Shown: piece by piece, positions 30,899 to 40,117 of the stretch
Layout: the number at the start of each line of letters is the position of its first letter
Position numbering within the stretch: position 1 is the stretch's first letter
NCBI GenBank assembly: GCA_022844165.1
Contig: JALHMH010000007.1
Span: 1 to 64,000, forward strand
DNA length: 64,000 nucleotides
Direction: 5' to 3'
Origin: Lysobacterales bacterium
Lineage (GTDB): Bacteria > Pseudomonadota > Gammaproteobacteria > Xanthomonadales > SZUA-5
Translations under genes and position numbers: made by a program
The notes under the pieces: model-generated
Databases searched by the model: none
Told to the model about the DNA's origin: nothing
What the model saw: the letters and a program-made list of their open reading frames with translations, nothing else

Positions 30899-32122
30899 TT
30901 ATCGGGCAGCCACGGCGTCTCCATCCGCCAGCGCTTCAGGAGGCGAGACGATCACGGTGTCGCCGGGCGCAAGCCCGGCGGTAATGTTGCGAAAGTCGGC
31001 GATTTTTGCGCCCGCGGTCACCGGGTTGCTGCGTGCCTTACCCGCATCGACGGTAAACACCATCGATTGCCCGGCGCGCTCAACCACAGCGGCATTCGGC
31101 ACCAGTACCCCATTCAGTTGCGGCCGTGGTGCGGCGTTTTCCGCCTGCGGCTCCAAAAAGCGCACACGAACCCCCATGTCGGGGACGATGCGCGCATCCT
31201 TCTCGTTCAAGGCAACGCGCACGCGGACCGTGGCTTTGGTGCGATCTGCGGCGGGAATGACGGCGATCACGCGCCCCCGAATGCGCCATTCCGGGTAAGC
31301 GTTCAAGGTCGCCTCGACGGGCATATCGCTTTGCACGCGGCCAATAAAAGACTCGTTGACATCCACCTCCACCTCCAACGAATCCATATCGACAATGGTA
31401 CCGATGCCAGTTCGCGTGAAACCGCCACCGGCTGAAATCGGCGAGATCATTTCGCCGGGCTGCGCCGCTTTGGCGACCACGATGCCGGCAAACGGTGCGC
31501 GAATTGTGGTGTCGTCGAGCGCCACCTGGCTCAGAGCCAGCGCTCGTTGCGACACATCGATACTGCGCCGCTGACTGGTCAGGCGCGCGATCAGCGCAGC
31601 CACTTGCGATTGCGCGCTGTCGAGCGCGGCTGCGCTGGCCAGTTTGCGCCTGACGAGTTCCTGCTGGCGGCCAAGTTCAGCGCGCGCAAGCCGCAGGTTG
31701 ACCTCCGTCTCCGTCAGCTGCGATCGAGAATTTTCCAACTGTGCCTGACCCAGCGCGTAGTCAGCCCGCTGTACGGTGTCGTCCAGCGTGGCCATGATCT
31801 GCCCGGCTTCGACCCGCATGCCTTCTTCGATCAGCACCTCGCGCACTTTGCCGGTGATCTTCGCAGATACCGTTGCCTGTCGGCGCGCCACCACATAGCC
31901 CGAGGCATCCAACACAGAACCCGACGACCCGGACTGGGCCGCAGACGACGCCAACGCGGTTTCGACGATCGTCGGGCCGGTGCCGCGACTAAACCACCAG
32001 CCTGCCGTACCGATTCCCACAACCACCGCGGCGGCCACTATCCACCGAACTGGACTCGCTTGTGTGGTTTGCCGTTCATCCCGCGCGATTTTGAGTTGCC
32101 CTAACAGATCGCCCTGACTCAT
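30899..32122 (-). CDS. Periplasmic adaptor (membrane fusion) protein
   Basis: TM anchor, lipoyl-like halves (VLIEEG, IRAPFAG) and coiled coil. Confidence 0.9.
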   Translation of the reverse strand: MSQGDLLGQLKIARDERQTTQASPVRWIVAAAVVVGIGTAGWWFSRGTGPTIVETALASSAAQSGSSGSVLDASGYVVARRQATVSAKITGKVREVLIEEGMRVEAGQIMATLDDTVQRADYALGQAQLENSRSQLTETEVNLRLARAELGRQQELVRRKLASAAALDSAQSQVAALIARLTSQRRSIDVSQRALALSQVALDDTTIRAPFAGIVVAKAAQPGEMISPISAGGGFTRTGIGTIVDMDSLEVEVDVNESFIGRVQSDMPVEATLNAYPEWRIRGRVIAVIPAADRTKATVRVRVALNEKDARIVPDMGVRVRFLEPQAENAAPRPQLNGVLVPNAAVVERAGQSMVFTVDAGKARSNPVTAGAKIADFRNITAGLAPGDTVIVSPPEALADGDAVAAR

Positions 32123-32510
32123 CGCTTCGTTAACCCTGACTTGGATGGTGCAATGCTCGCACGCAGCGCGTTGCGCTGCCGTGTAACAAGACTCGCTCAA
32201 CACTTTGTGCTCTTGTAGTGACTAACGTCATTCGAGCGCATGCGTTGTCGCCGGGCTCAGCCAGACTGTCGGGCGAAACGCCGATCAGCAACGGAACCCC
32301 GGCTGCACCCAAAACCGAGTGAAATGCCAAGGCCCGTGCGTAAAGTGAACGGTCGAAACGACGCCACTGGCGGCTCTCCGCGAGACGACTTGTCCGTCTC
32401 CACAATGAGCAGGCCCTGCTCATCTCGCTGAGCCGCTCGGGCGCATATTGACAAACTACCGCCCCATTGTGCTCTGTCGCGGCCGAACAGACTTCCGCTT
32501 GCCTTTTCGA

Positions 32511-32540
32511 TTGTCATCGACCCATTGAAGCCGCTACTAT
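32511..32540 (+). promoter_or_regulatory. Putative sigma70 promoter for tRNA-Ser/ffs
   Basis: TTGTCA-18 nt-TACTAT followed by a GC-rich discriminator. Confidence 0.45.
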
Positions 32541-32558
32541 TACCGGCTCGTTCGAATT

Positions 32559-32651
32559 GGAGAGATGTCCGAGCGGTTGAAGGAGCACGCCTGGAAAGTG
32601 TGTAAACGGCTAAACCCCGTTTCGAGGGTTCGAATCCCTCTCTCTCCGCCA
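32559..32651 (+). tRNA. tRNA-Ser (anticodon GGA)
   Basis: GGAGAGA/TCTCTCC acceptor stem plus GCCA; anticodon loop CT-GGA-AA; long variable arm; GGTTCGAATCC T-arm. Confidence 0.97.
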
Positions 32652-32688
32652 GTTCAATTGAGATTGCGCTTTGGCAATCAACGCTTAT

Positions 32689-32803
32689 GGCGGCCCTTGT
32701 CGGTCCCCTCGCGTCATAAGGTCGCTAACCCCGCCAGGCCCGGAAGGGAGCAACGGTCGCGATTGCAGTGAGCGCCGGGGTGTGGCTGGCAAGGGTTGCC
32801 ACC
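32689..32803 (+). ncRNA. ffs: Signal recognition particle 4.5S RNA
   Basis: Domain IV CAGGCCCGGAAGGGAGCAAC with GGAA tetraloop; terminal pairing GGCGGCCCTTGTC/GGCAAGGGTTGCC. Confidence 0.93.
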
Positions 32804-32914
32804 TGTTCGAGTCGTTTGCACGACAATCGTCCTGACGAAAATAACTCCGATAACTTCTGGGACACGACACCTACTTGCATAACCCCCGATTGTACTCAGA
32901 GGCGATTGGCGCGC

Positions 32915-33310
32915 TCAGCGCCAGGCGCGAACCGCAGTAATAGCCAACGCTATTGTGAAGATGAGCAACGCCGCGATGGGCGATGTCAAAGGCCTCGAAA
33001 GTGCAGGAAAGCACTTTCTCAACATCGTGCTATCGCCATCACTACGGACTCTGATCGACAAAGCCCGTGGCGGCTCGACGCAACTCCGTCGCGCCGAGGC
33101 TGCGATGTAATTCCTGCTCGGCGGTGCGAAGAGCTGAGTCGCGGAATTGACGTTGCTGTCGATCTCAAAGCGCTGCCCGTTCGCTTCCTGCTGAATCCAC
33201 CGCGCATCTTCCTTCAGATAGATGTGACCGGCACGGCCATACCTTTGTGCTTCGACACTGCTCGCACCGGCAAGAAGGATGACTGTGACGGCTAATGGGA
33301 TTGAGGACAA
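32915..33310 (-). CDS. Small hypothetical protein with a signal peptide and C-terminal TM (possibly a remnant)
   Basis: MSSIPLAVTVILLAGASSVEA leader; tail PLTSPIAALLIFTIALAITAVRAWR; no recognised domain. Confidence 0.3.
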   Translation of the reverse strand: MSSIPLAVTVILLAGASSVEAQRYGRAGHIYLKEDARWIQQEANGQRFEIDSNVNSATQLFAPPSRNYIAASARRSCVEPPRALSIRVRSDGDSTMLRKCFPALSRPLTSPIAALLIFTIALAITAVRAWR

Positions 33311-33411
33311 GAACGCAGTCGCCTGACTGGCATCCGATTGCGGTTACGCGGCCAACAGGGAAGATAGAGGAGTTTTCGCCGCCTTCTAACTTCCTCGAGG
33401 TGTAGCGCTTG

Positions 33412-34335
33412 TTAGCGCTGTGGTGCCGTTGGCTTTGCTGGTTTAACTGGTTTGGCCGGTTTGCCCGGCTTGGGCTGAACCGGTTCGGACGTCGCCGGCG
33501 GCGACGCGCTGGTCGCAACGGTAGGTGCGGTCGCTGCGGGGGGCAATGGGATGAAACCCATCTCGGCCATCGCTCCACGCACGATGTCGAGTCGCGCGGT
33601 GCCGAAATCGGCGACCGCCTTGGCGTCGATGTTCATGGCGTAGTACCACACTTTGCCGGGTCGTTCGACGAAGCCGATTAACCATCCCAGGTACTTGGTA
33701 CCAGTCGCGTCATGGGCGCAGGTGCCGGGCATGCCGTAAATGGTGTAGTCCGGCGTGCGTTCCTGGACCATGGCCTCTTTAACGAGCTTGGTTGCGTTGG
33801 GCGAAAAGCCCAGGCGGCCTTCGCGAAATCCGCGCACAAAGTCGACTTGTTCAAGACCGGTGATCCGCAATGAACTGGTGTTCCAGAATTTGTCGAGCCC
33901 GCCGCTGATATCGGCATTTCCGTACTTGATGCGCTTCAGGTGTTGCGCCAATTTGACGTTACCGATCCGTGTCGACAACTCGCCGGCATACCAGGGTACC
34001 GAATCTCTGAGCGCCGATTCGAAGGTGTGGTCGCGCCGCCATACTTCTGGCCAGGTCGACGCCGCCGGGTGTTTGTTTGGATCGAAAACGATTTTCGTCG
34101 TGTTGTCTTTGATCGCGCCTGTACCGAGCGCAATCGCCGTATGCGGCCACAAATAAGTCTCGCAGGGCGTCAGTCGCTCCGCCAGTCGCGGCGTATTGAC
34201 ACGAAACGACAGCTTGGTTTGTGCATCATAAATTTCCAAAGCGCCGTAACGACCCTTGAACTGGCCGGAGAGCATCGCCGCGTGTGCGGCAGAACTGGAA
34301 AACAGTGCGGCGAGAAACAAGGCAGTGCGAAACAT
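33412..34335 (-). CDS. Class D beta-lactamase/penicillin-binding-fold homologue, catalytically degenerate
   Basis: OXA-like scaffold (IALGTG, WRRDH, YGNADISGG, FW, EQVDF, GWLIGFVE, YAMNID), but STFK is ETYL and KTG is MPG. Confidence 0.85.
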   Translation of the reverse strand: MFRTALFLAALFSSSAAHAAMLSGQFKGRYGALEIYDAQTKLSFRVNTPRLAERLTPCETYLWPHTAIALGTGAIKDNTTKIVFDPNKHPAASTWPEVWRRDHTFESALRDSVPWYAGELSTRIGNVKLAQHLKRIKYGNADISGGLDKFWNTSSLRITGLEQVDFVRGFREGRLGFSPNATKLVKEAMVQERTPDYTIYGMPGTCAHDATGTKYLGWLIGFVERPGKVWYYAMNIDAKAVADFGTARLDIVRGAMAEMGFIPLPPAATAPTVATSASPPATSEPVQPKPGKPAKPVKPAKPTAPQR

Positions 34336-34503
34336 GGGATCAGTCGGGCCTGTCGATTCGGAGGGGCGCTGGCGAGTCGTTGAATGACGCGCAACGCATT
34401 CGCGGATTCTAACCCCGTGCAGTTTGAATCACCTACTGCGCGGGCAGATGGCGACGTTGAACCTAACCCACTATTCTCTGCGCGCCCAGGCATCAGCCCG
34501 ACC

Positions 34504-36474
34504 ATGCTCAATCCGCAACAACTCGCTGCCGTCGAATATCTTGCCGGACCCTTGCTCGTGCTTGCTGGCGCTGGCTCAGGAAAAACGCGGGTCATCACCG
34601 AAAAAATCGCGCGGTTGTTGAAGACCGGCTTGTACTTGCCGAACGAGATCGCCGCCATCACGTTCACCAACAAAGCGGCACGTGAAATGCAAGCGCGCAT
34701 TGGCAAAGCGGCAGGCGCACAAACGGTCGAAGGGCTCACGATCAGCACGTTTCACGCATTGGGTTTGCGGCTCCTGGAGCGCGAGTGCACGGCCGTCGGT
34801 TTGCGGCGCGGCTTCTCGATACTCGGCGAGGACGATGCGCGTACGCTGATCAAGGACCTGGCGCCGGCCGGCACCGGCAATGAGCAACTGGACGCCATGC
34901 GCGCACTGATTGGTCGCGCCAAGAATGCCGGGCTTGATGCCACGCAGGCGTTGGCGGCGGCGGGCTCGCCGCGGGAGCGCGCGGCGGCGGAGCTGTATGC
35001 GTTGTACCAGCAACGACTTCTGGCATTCAATGCGGTCGACTTCGACGATCTGATCGCATTGCCAGTGCGCCTGTTGTCCAATGACGATGAGCGCCGCCAA
35101 CGATGGCAGCAGCGCTGGCGTTACCTGCTGGTCGACGAATACCAGGACACCAACGATGCCCAGTATCGACTCTTGAAGCTGCTGGTGGGCGAGCGCGGCG
35201 CGTTCACGGCGGTCGGCGACGACGACCAGTCGATCTACGCCTGGCGGGGGGCGAACCCTGAGAACCTGGCGAACATCGGCAAAGATTTTCCGGCACTGAA
35301 GGTCGTCAAACTCGAACAGAACTACCGATGTGCGCAACGCATCCTGCGGCTCGCCAATCGACTGATTGCGAACAATCCGCATGTGCACGAGAAAAAACTG
35401 TGGAGCGCGCTGCCCGAAGGCGATCCGATTCGCATCGTCGCGCGATCCAGCGATAGCGATGAAGCCGAGTTCGTCGCGGCGGAAGTCAACCATCGGAAGC
35501 TGGTCGAGCGCGGTTCGCCGTCCGACTTCGCCGTGTTGTTCCGCGGGAATCATCAAGCGCGTGCTCTGGAACTGGCGTTGCGCGCGCTGAAAATCCCTTA
35601 CCACTTGTCGGGTGCGACGTCGTTCTTCGATCGCCAAGAGATCAAAGATGTGATGGCCTATCTGCGACTGCTGGCAAATCCCGACGATGACGCCGCATTT
35701 GTGCGCGCCGCGACGACGCCCAGACGCGACATCGGCACCACGTCGCTCGAAAAACTCGCCGCTGCCGCACGTCACGGCGCACATTCGTTGAGCGCCGCCG
35801 CGGCTAACAGCGCCGCGCTCGCAACGCTCGCACCACGCGCGGCGCGTGCCCTGGCCAGTTTTCACCAGCATTTGCTCGGATGGCGCAGCGCCGCCCAAAC
35901 GCTCAAGCCGCGCGCATTGATCGAGAAGATCATCGCCGAGACCCAGCTCAAACAACATTGGCGCCAGGAAGCGAAGGCACCCGATGCAGCGCTGCGGCGC
36001 GAAGCTCAGGTCGATGCCTTTCTCGAGTGGGTGGGCGAGCGCCGCGAAACTCAGCTCAGTGCATTACTGACGCAGCTCATGCTCGACAGTCAGGACAGCG
36101 ACCCGGGCAATCGTGTGCGCTTAATGACTCTGCACAGCGCCAAGGGCCTTGAGTTCCGGCACGTGTTCCTCGTCGGCTGTGAGGATGGATTGTTGCCGCA
36201 CGTTTCGTCGCTGGACGAGGGCCGCGAAGATGAAGAGCGGCGTTTGTTCTATGTCGGCATTACCCGCGCCAAAGAAACGCTGACGCTAAGCTGGTGCCGC
36301 TCGCGCAGCCGCTACGGACGCGAAGAAGCGTGCACACCGTCGCGATTCCTCAAGGAACTCCCTGAAGACGACGTGCGCCACTCAGGACAGAACCCCGGGA
36401 ACCAGAGCGCCGAAGACAAGCAACGCGCTGCGCGCCCGCATCTGGATGCCATCAAGGCATTGCTCGGCGCTTGA
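34504..36474 (+). CDS. rep: ATP-dependent DNA helicase Rep (UvrD/Rep family)
   Basis: AGAGSGKT, DEYQD, VGDDDQSIYAWRGA, LEQNYR and TLHSAKGLEF motifs; Rep-like C-terminus HLDAIKALL. Confidence 0.88.
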   Translation: MLNPQQLAAVEYLAGPLLVLAGAGSGKTRVITEKIARLLKTGLYLPNEIAAITFTNKAAREMQARIGKAAGAQTVEGLTISTFHALGLRLLERECTAVGLRRGFSILGEDDARTLIKDLAPAGTGNEQLDAMRALIGRAKNAGLDATQALAAAGSPRERAAAELYALYQQRLLAFNAVDFDDLIALPVRLLSNDDERRQRWQQRWRYLLVDEYQDTNDAQYRLLKLLVGERGAFTAVGDDDQSIYAWRGANPENLANIGKDFPALKVVKLEQNYRCAQRILRLANRLIANNPHVHEKKLWSALPEGDPIRIVARSSDSDEAEFVAAEVNHRKLVERGSPSDFAVLFRGNHQARALELALRALKIPYHLSGATSFFDRQEIKDVMAYLRLLANPDDDAAFVRAATTPRRDIGTTSLEKLAAAARHGAHSLSAAAANSAALATLAPRAARALASFHQHLLGWRSAAQTLKPRALIEKIIAETQLKQHWRQEAKAPDAALRREAQVDAFLEWVGERRETQLSALLTQLMLDSQDSDPGNRVRLMTLHSAKGLEFRHVFLVGCEDGLLPHVSSLDEGREDEERRLFYVGITRAKETLTLSWCRSRSRYGREEACTPSRFLKELPEDDVRHSGQNPGNQSAEDKQRAARPHLDAIKALLGA

Positions 36475-36664
36475 GGTTTTGCTGCGTAGGCGCAATGCGC
36501 TTCGATCGCTTCAGATTGGCCGTAAGAATTCCCGGATCGAAGAACTGCGCTGCCATGGCGAACACCACAGAAAGCGCAGAACTTCCAAACGTTATGCGGT
36601 CTTCAACCATGACGCAGGCGCTCCGCCGACTTGCAGTCAGTTCGCGGGGCTATCCCAAAGACCG

Positions 36665-37909
36665 CTAACCGCCCGTTGTGATTGCTGGCTCTGAGGTTGG
36701 AGCAGCGGCTTCCGTCGCAACCGGCGGTGCCGCGTTGGGATCCGGCAGGCCGAGCGGCAGAAACACGCGTGTCACCTCGACCATTTCCGGTTCCGCATCG
36801 GCTGCGTCTTCCGCTGTTGCCGCCTCTGCGACAGCTGCGTCGGCTGGCGCCGCATCGGCCGGCGGCGCGCCATCGGGCGCTGCCGACGCATCGGCAGGTG
36901 CGGCCTCCGTGGCGAGAACTGCGGGGCGATCCGGTAGGAACTCTTCGATCGGCTTGGCGCGTGGATCGAAAGCCATGCCGAAGATGGTCGCGTACGCCTG
37001 AAGTTTTTCAAAGGTGACATTGCTGCGGCGACGCTCGCCGACATGTTCGGCGACCAACATGCTGCCACCTGGCGTCTGCACCGCCTGAATATCGTCGCGC
37101 ATAGGGACATCGTTGCGATCGACAGGAACGGTGACATCGAATGCCAGACGATAACGTTCCTTGAGAGTGACCTGAACCTGCGCCGGGCCAGTAATGTTGA
37201 TGTTGCTGCGCGTCGCGAACGCTGATAGCGCTTTCATCGTGTCCGCCACGCCAGCGTTCAGATCGGGGAACTCGGTGGCGCTATACACCTCAACAAGACC
37301 GCTCAACTTCAAAGCCGGTTGCGACAAAATCTCTTGCTGTGCGATTTGAATATCGCTGTAGTCGCGAGCGTAGGCACTGGATTCAACCAGGGCCTTAAAG
37401 CGCATCAACCCGTACTGGAAATCCGCCCCAACCGAAGAGTCCAAATAGCGTCCCTTGATCCTTTCGATCGGATTGGCGCCTAGTTCCACGTCGTACGCCC
37501 AGGTCACCTTGACGCCAAGATCGGAGGGCTCGACTTGGTAAGAGATCGAGCCGGTGCGCCCACCGGTCACCACCTGCGTCATTTTGATCGAACTGGTGGG
37601 CGTGCTTTCGATGATCTCGAGATGACCGGCGCCAATATCCGGGTTGCCCGACCATTCCATTCGTGCGCCTTGGCCGCGATCCGGACCCGCGAACGTGAAA
37701 CTGGCCGCAGGGTCCTTCTTCGCCCAGGGCGACCACTCGTTGAAGCGCTTGAAGCTGTTCAACACATCGAAAATGTGGCTCGACGGCCGCTCGATGATGA
37801 TCGACCTTTCGACATGACCATGGCCGCCGCCCGGCAAAAACAAGCCGATCAACAGCAGAACGACGATGGTCAAGATGACCGCGAGCACAAACTCAATGAG
37901 TGAACGCAT
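36665..37909 (-). CDS. Membrane-anchored SRPBCC/START-domain protein with a GyrI-like C-terminal domain
   Basis: TM helix, HVERSIII, FNEWSPW, GARMEW and DFQYGLMRFK; Ala/Pro/Asp-rich insert near the C-terminus. Confidence 0.75.
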   Translation of the reverse strand: MRSLIEFVLAVILTIVVLLLIGLFLPGGGHGHVERSIIIERPSSHIFDVLNSFKRFNEWSPWAKKDPAASFTFAGPDRGQGARMEWSGNPDIGAGHLEIIESTPTSSIKMTQVVTGGRTGSISYQVEPSDLGVKVTWAYDVELGANPIERIKGRYLDSSVGADFQYGLMRFKALVESSAYARDYSDIQIAQQEILSQPALKLSGLVEVYSATEFPDLNAGVADTMKALSAFATRSNINITGPAQVQVTLKERYRLAFDVTVPVDRNDVPMRDDIQAVQTPGGSMLVAEHVGERRRSNVTFEKLQAYATIFGMAFDPRAKPIEEFLPDRPAVLATEAAPADASAAPDGAPPADAAPADAAVAEAATAEDAADAEPEMVEVTRVFLPLGLPDPNAAPPVATEAAAPTSEPAITTGG

Positions 37910-38006
37910 CCGACAACTCCCAAGTATTCAACGAGCGCTTCATGCGCCCGCAAGACGCGAAATGCTAATAGTTCTGAGGCTTCAGCGCCACGGCGTTAAT
38001 AAAAAC

Positions 38007-38393
38007 TCAAGCTTCTACCACGTTCCGGTACGCGACGGCATCCAACAAAGCTGAGAATTCGGCCGGATCGTTGGGCTGCAGTCGGAACAGCCAGCCGTTC
38101 TGGTAGGGCGACTGATTGACCGTCTCGGGCGCGTCGCTGAGCGCATCGTTAATGGCAATCACGGTACCGGACACCGGAGCGTACACGTCTGACGCTGCTT
38201 TCACCGACTCAACCACTGCGCATGCTTTCCCGGCGGTGACCGCGCTTGCCAGCGCCGGAGTCTCGACGAACACCAAATCGCCCAGCAGTTCCTGAGCATG
38301 GTCGGAGATTCCCACTGTCACAGTACCATCTGCCTCTTGTCGCGCCCATTCGTGCGATTTCAGATACCGAAGATCATCGGGAATAGCGCTCAT
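38007..38393 (-). CDS. gcvH: Glycine cleavage system H protein
   Basis: SHEW, GISDHAQ and the lipoyl-lysine motif VESVKAASD. Confidence 0.96.
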   Translation of the reverse strand: MSAIPDDLRYLKSHEWARQEADGTVTVGISDHAQELLGDLVFVETPALASAVTAGKACAVVESVKAASDVYAPVSGTVIAINDALSDAPETVNQSPYQNGWLFRLQPNDPAEFSALLDAVAYRNVVEA

Positions 38394-38483
38394 CGGGTTT
38401 CCAGTTAGTTGGGATACGGCAGGATAACAAGCCTGTCAGAAAACGCACGCCTTGGTTGATCTTCGGGCAAAGCTTGCGGGCTG

Positions 38484-39167
38484 TTACTTGTCTTTGGCTA
38501 CCTGATCACACCCGCGCAAGGCCGCAAACCGGCGCCGCGCGCTACGCGCCACACGCTTGTCGTTCGCTACGACGTCCAGGTCGTCATGGGTATCCAGGTC
38601 GTGCACGGATGCGAGCTCTATGAGTGGTGTTTCGGGTGCGACAGAGTCAACAAACAACTGTGCGGTATCGGACTGAGCGTAAGGAACAGCCGACCATGGA
38701 GCCTGGCTCAAATCGATGTTGGCTCCGAACAGCCCAAAGCCACCATCGCTGGCTCTGGCGATCACGCGCATCGGGCCGTTACCGAGCCCTGCGGCGGCCG
38801 CTTGCAGGTGTTCCTTAGCGATCGTAGGGACGTCAGCACCCAGCAGGATCACGCCCCGATAGCGTCGCCGCAGCGCCTGGTACACGTAGCGCATCCGCGC
38901 CCCGAGATCATCGCCGAATTGAGGGATGGTTGGCCAACCGCGCCACAGGCCGAGGGCGCTGGGCTCGGCGACCGCCCACCACGGATCGATGAGACCATCC
39001 CGCGAGGCTGCCTTCACAGCACGGCGCACGCAAATCAGCGAAAGATAAAAGCAACGCCTCGCCGCCAGCACACCGATGCTCTGCGCCAGCCGAGTCTTGA
39101 TGGGGCTGAAACCTGGCGTTTTGACGAACACGGCGACAGCGATCGAAGCCGCTTCGCGCTCCTCCAT
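38484..39167 (-). CDS. DUF2064 (CofC-like nucleotidyl/glycosyltransferase-fold) protein
   Basis: FVKTPG..KTRLA, QFGDDLGARM, GADVP, ASDGGF and DLDTHDDL motifs. Confidence 0.75.
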   Translation of the reverse strand: MEEREAASIAVAVFVKTPGFSPIKTRLAQSIGVLAARRCFYLSLICVRRAVKAASRDGLIDPWWAVAEPSALGLWRGWPTIPQFGDDLGARMRYVYQALRRRYRGVILLGADVPTIAKEHLQAAAAGLGNGPMRVIARASDGGFGLFGANIDLSQAPWSAVPYAQSDTAQLFVDSVAPETPLIELASVHDLDTHDDLDVVANDKRVARSARRRFAALRGCDQVAKDK

Positions 39168-39178
39168 CGACTGGCCGC

Positions 39179-39505
39179 TCAATGCCGCAAGCTGAGCCGA
39201 CCGACGAGAATGTCCTTGAACATCACCCAATCACCCATCAGGCTCCACCAAGGATGCTTGAAGGTTGCGGGCCGGTTCTTTTCGAACACAAAATGTCCCA
39301 CCCATGCAAACCCGTAGCCCATCAACGGAATCGCCGCCAGCCACCACGGATTGCCGCTGATGGCAGCCGCCGCCAGTAGCACCAGTACGCCGAAACTGCC
39401 GACGAAATGCAGGCGCCTGCAGTTCACGTCGCGATGTTCGGAGAGGTAGTACGGATAGAACTCGGCGAAGCTGGTAAAGCTGCGATAGGGAACGGCTTCG
39501 ATCAT
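39179..39505 (-). CDS. DUF962 (Mpo1-like) membrane protein
   Basis: FYPYYLSEH, RRLHFVG and GHFVFEKNRPATF motifs. Confidence 0.88.
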   Translation of the reverse strand: MIEAVPYRSFTSFAEFYPYYLSEHRDVNCRRLHFVGSFGVLVLLAAAAISGNPWWLAAIPLMGYGFAWVGHFVFEKNRPATFKHPWWSLMGDWVMFKDILVGRLSLRH

Positions 39506-39623
39506 GGCGACAGGTCCAATATCCTGGTGGGGCGATCGTCGCGCAGTGCAGCCGCTACGTCAACGTGCCGGCGCCTGCCGCGTTGTGGGTGATTGCCACC
39601 GCAGGCATATCGGAGATGATCAA

Positions 39624-40001
39624 ATGAACAAGATTCTCATTGTTACCCTCAGTGCCGTGCTGGCCCTGGGCAGTGTCGCCGCCGTCGCATCGGCAGAAGC
39701 CAGTTCCAAAAGCGAACGTATGCAACTGCGCCAGCAGGCCCGCATGTCGGCGCTCGGCGATCCGGCACGGGCGGCAATGGCGCAGTTGCGCTGGATCGAA
39801 CGAATCTACCTGCGCCAGAACCAACCGCAAGCCGCACAGACTCTATATCGCGATGTGCTCGAACGCACGCAGGATCCGGCGCTGCGCAATTTCGCCAATG
39901 TTCGATTGGCTCGACTTGCCGCATGGCAACCGCGAAACCTCGACGCCGCACTGGCCGAGCTCAAGCGCGGACTCGATGAGAACCTGGCGCAACTGCGCTA
40001 A
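39624..40001 (+). CDS. Secreted helical (TPR-like) hypothetical protein
   Basis: RBS GGAG, signal peptide and amphipathic helices. Confidence 0.65.
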   Translation: MNKILIVTLSAVLALGSVAAVASAEASSKSERMQLRQQARMSALGDPARAAMAQLRWIERIYLRQNQPQAAQTLYRDVLERTQDPALRNFANVRLARLAAWQPRNLDAALAELKRGLDENLAQLR

Positions 40002-40025
40002 CAACAGGACTGTTGTATCGAATCC

Positions 40026-40074
40026 GGCAAGGCGGTTCGCCGAGCGCCAACGATCCGCCTTGCCCAGCCGTTCT
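40026..40074 (+). terminator. Long hairpin between the secreted-protein gene and the MFS gene
   Basis: GGCAAGGCGG...CCGCCTTGCC, 10-bp arms. Confidence 0.4.
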
Positions 40075-40117
40075 GGCCCGCGCATGCTTCGATATCTGCG
40101 AACGCAAGGAACCGGCG

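Noticed and set aside
32123-32510. Short ORFs upstream of tRNA-Ser
   Set aside because: Mutually overlapping, with no motifs or RBS support; treated as regulatory intergenic DNA
34504-36474. UvrD-like helicase as a defence component (e.g. Gabija B)
   Set aside because: It is full-length with a Rep-like C-terminus and has no adjacent nuclease
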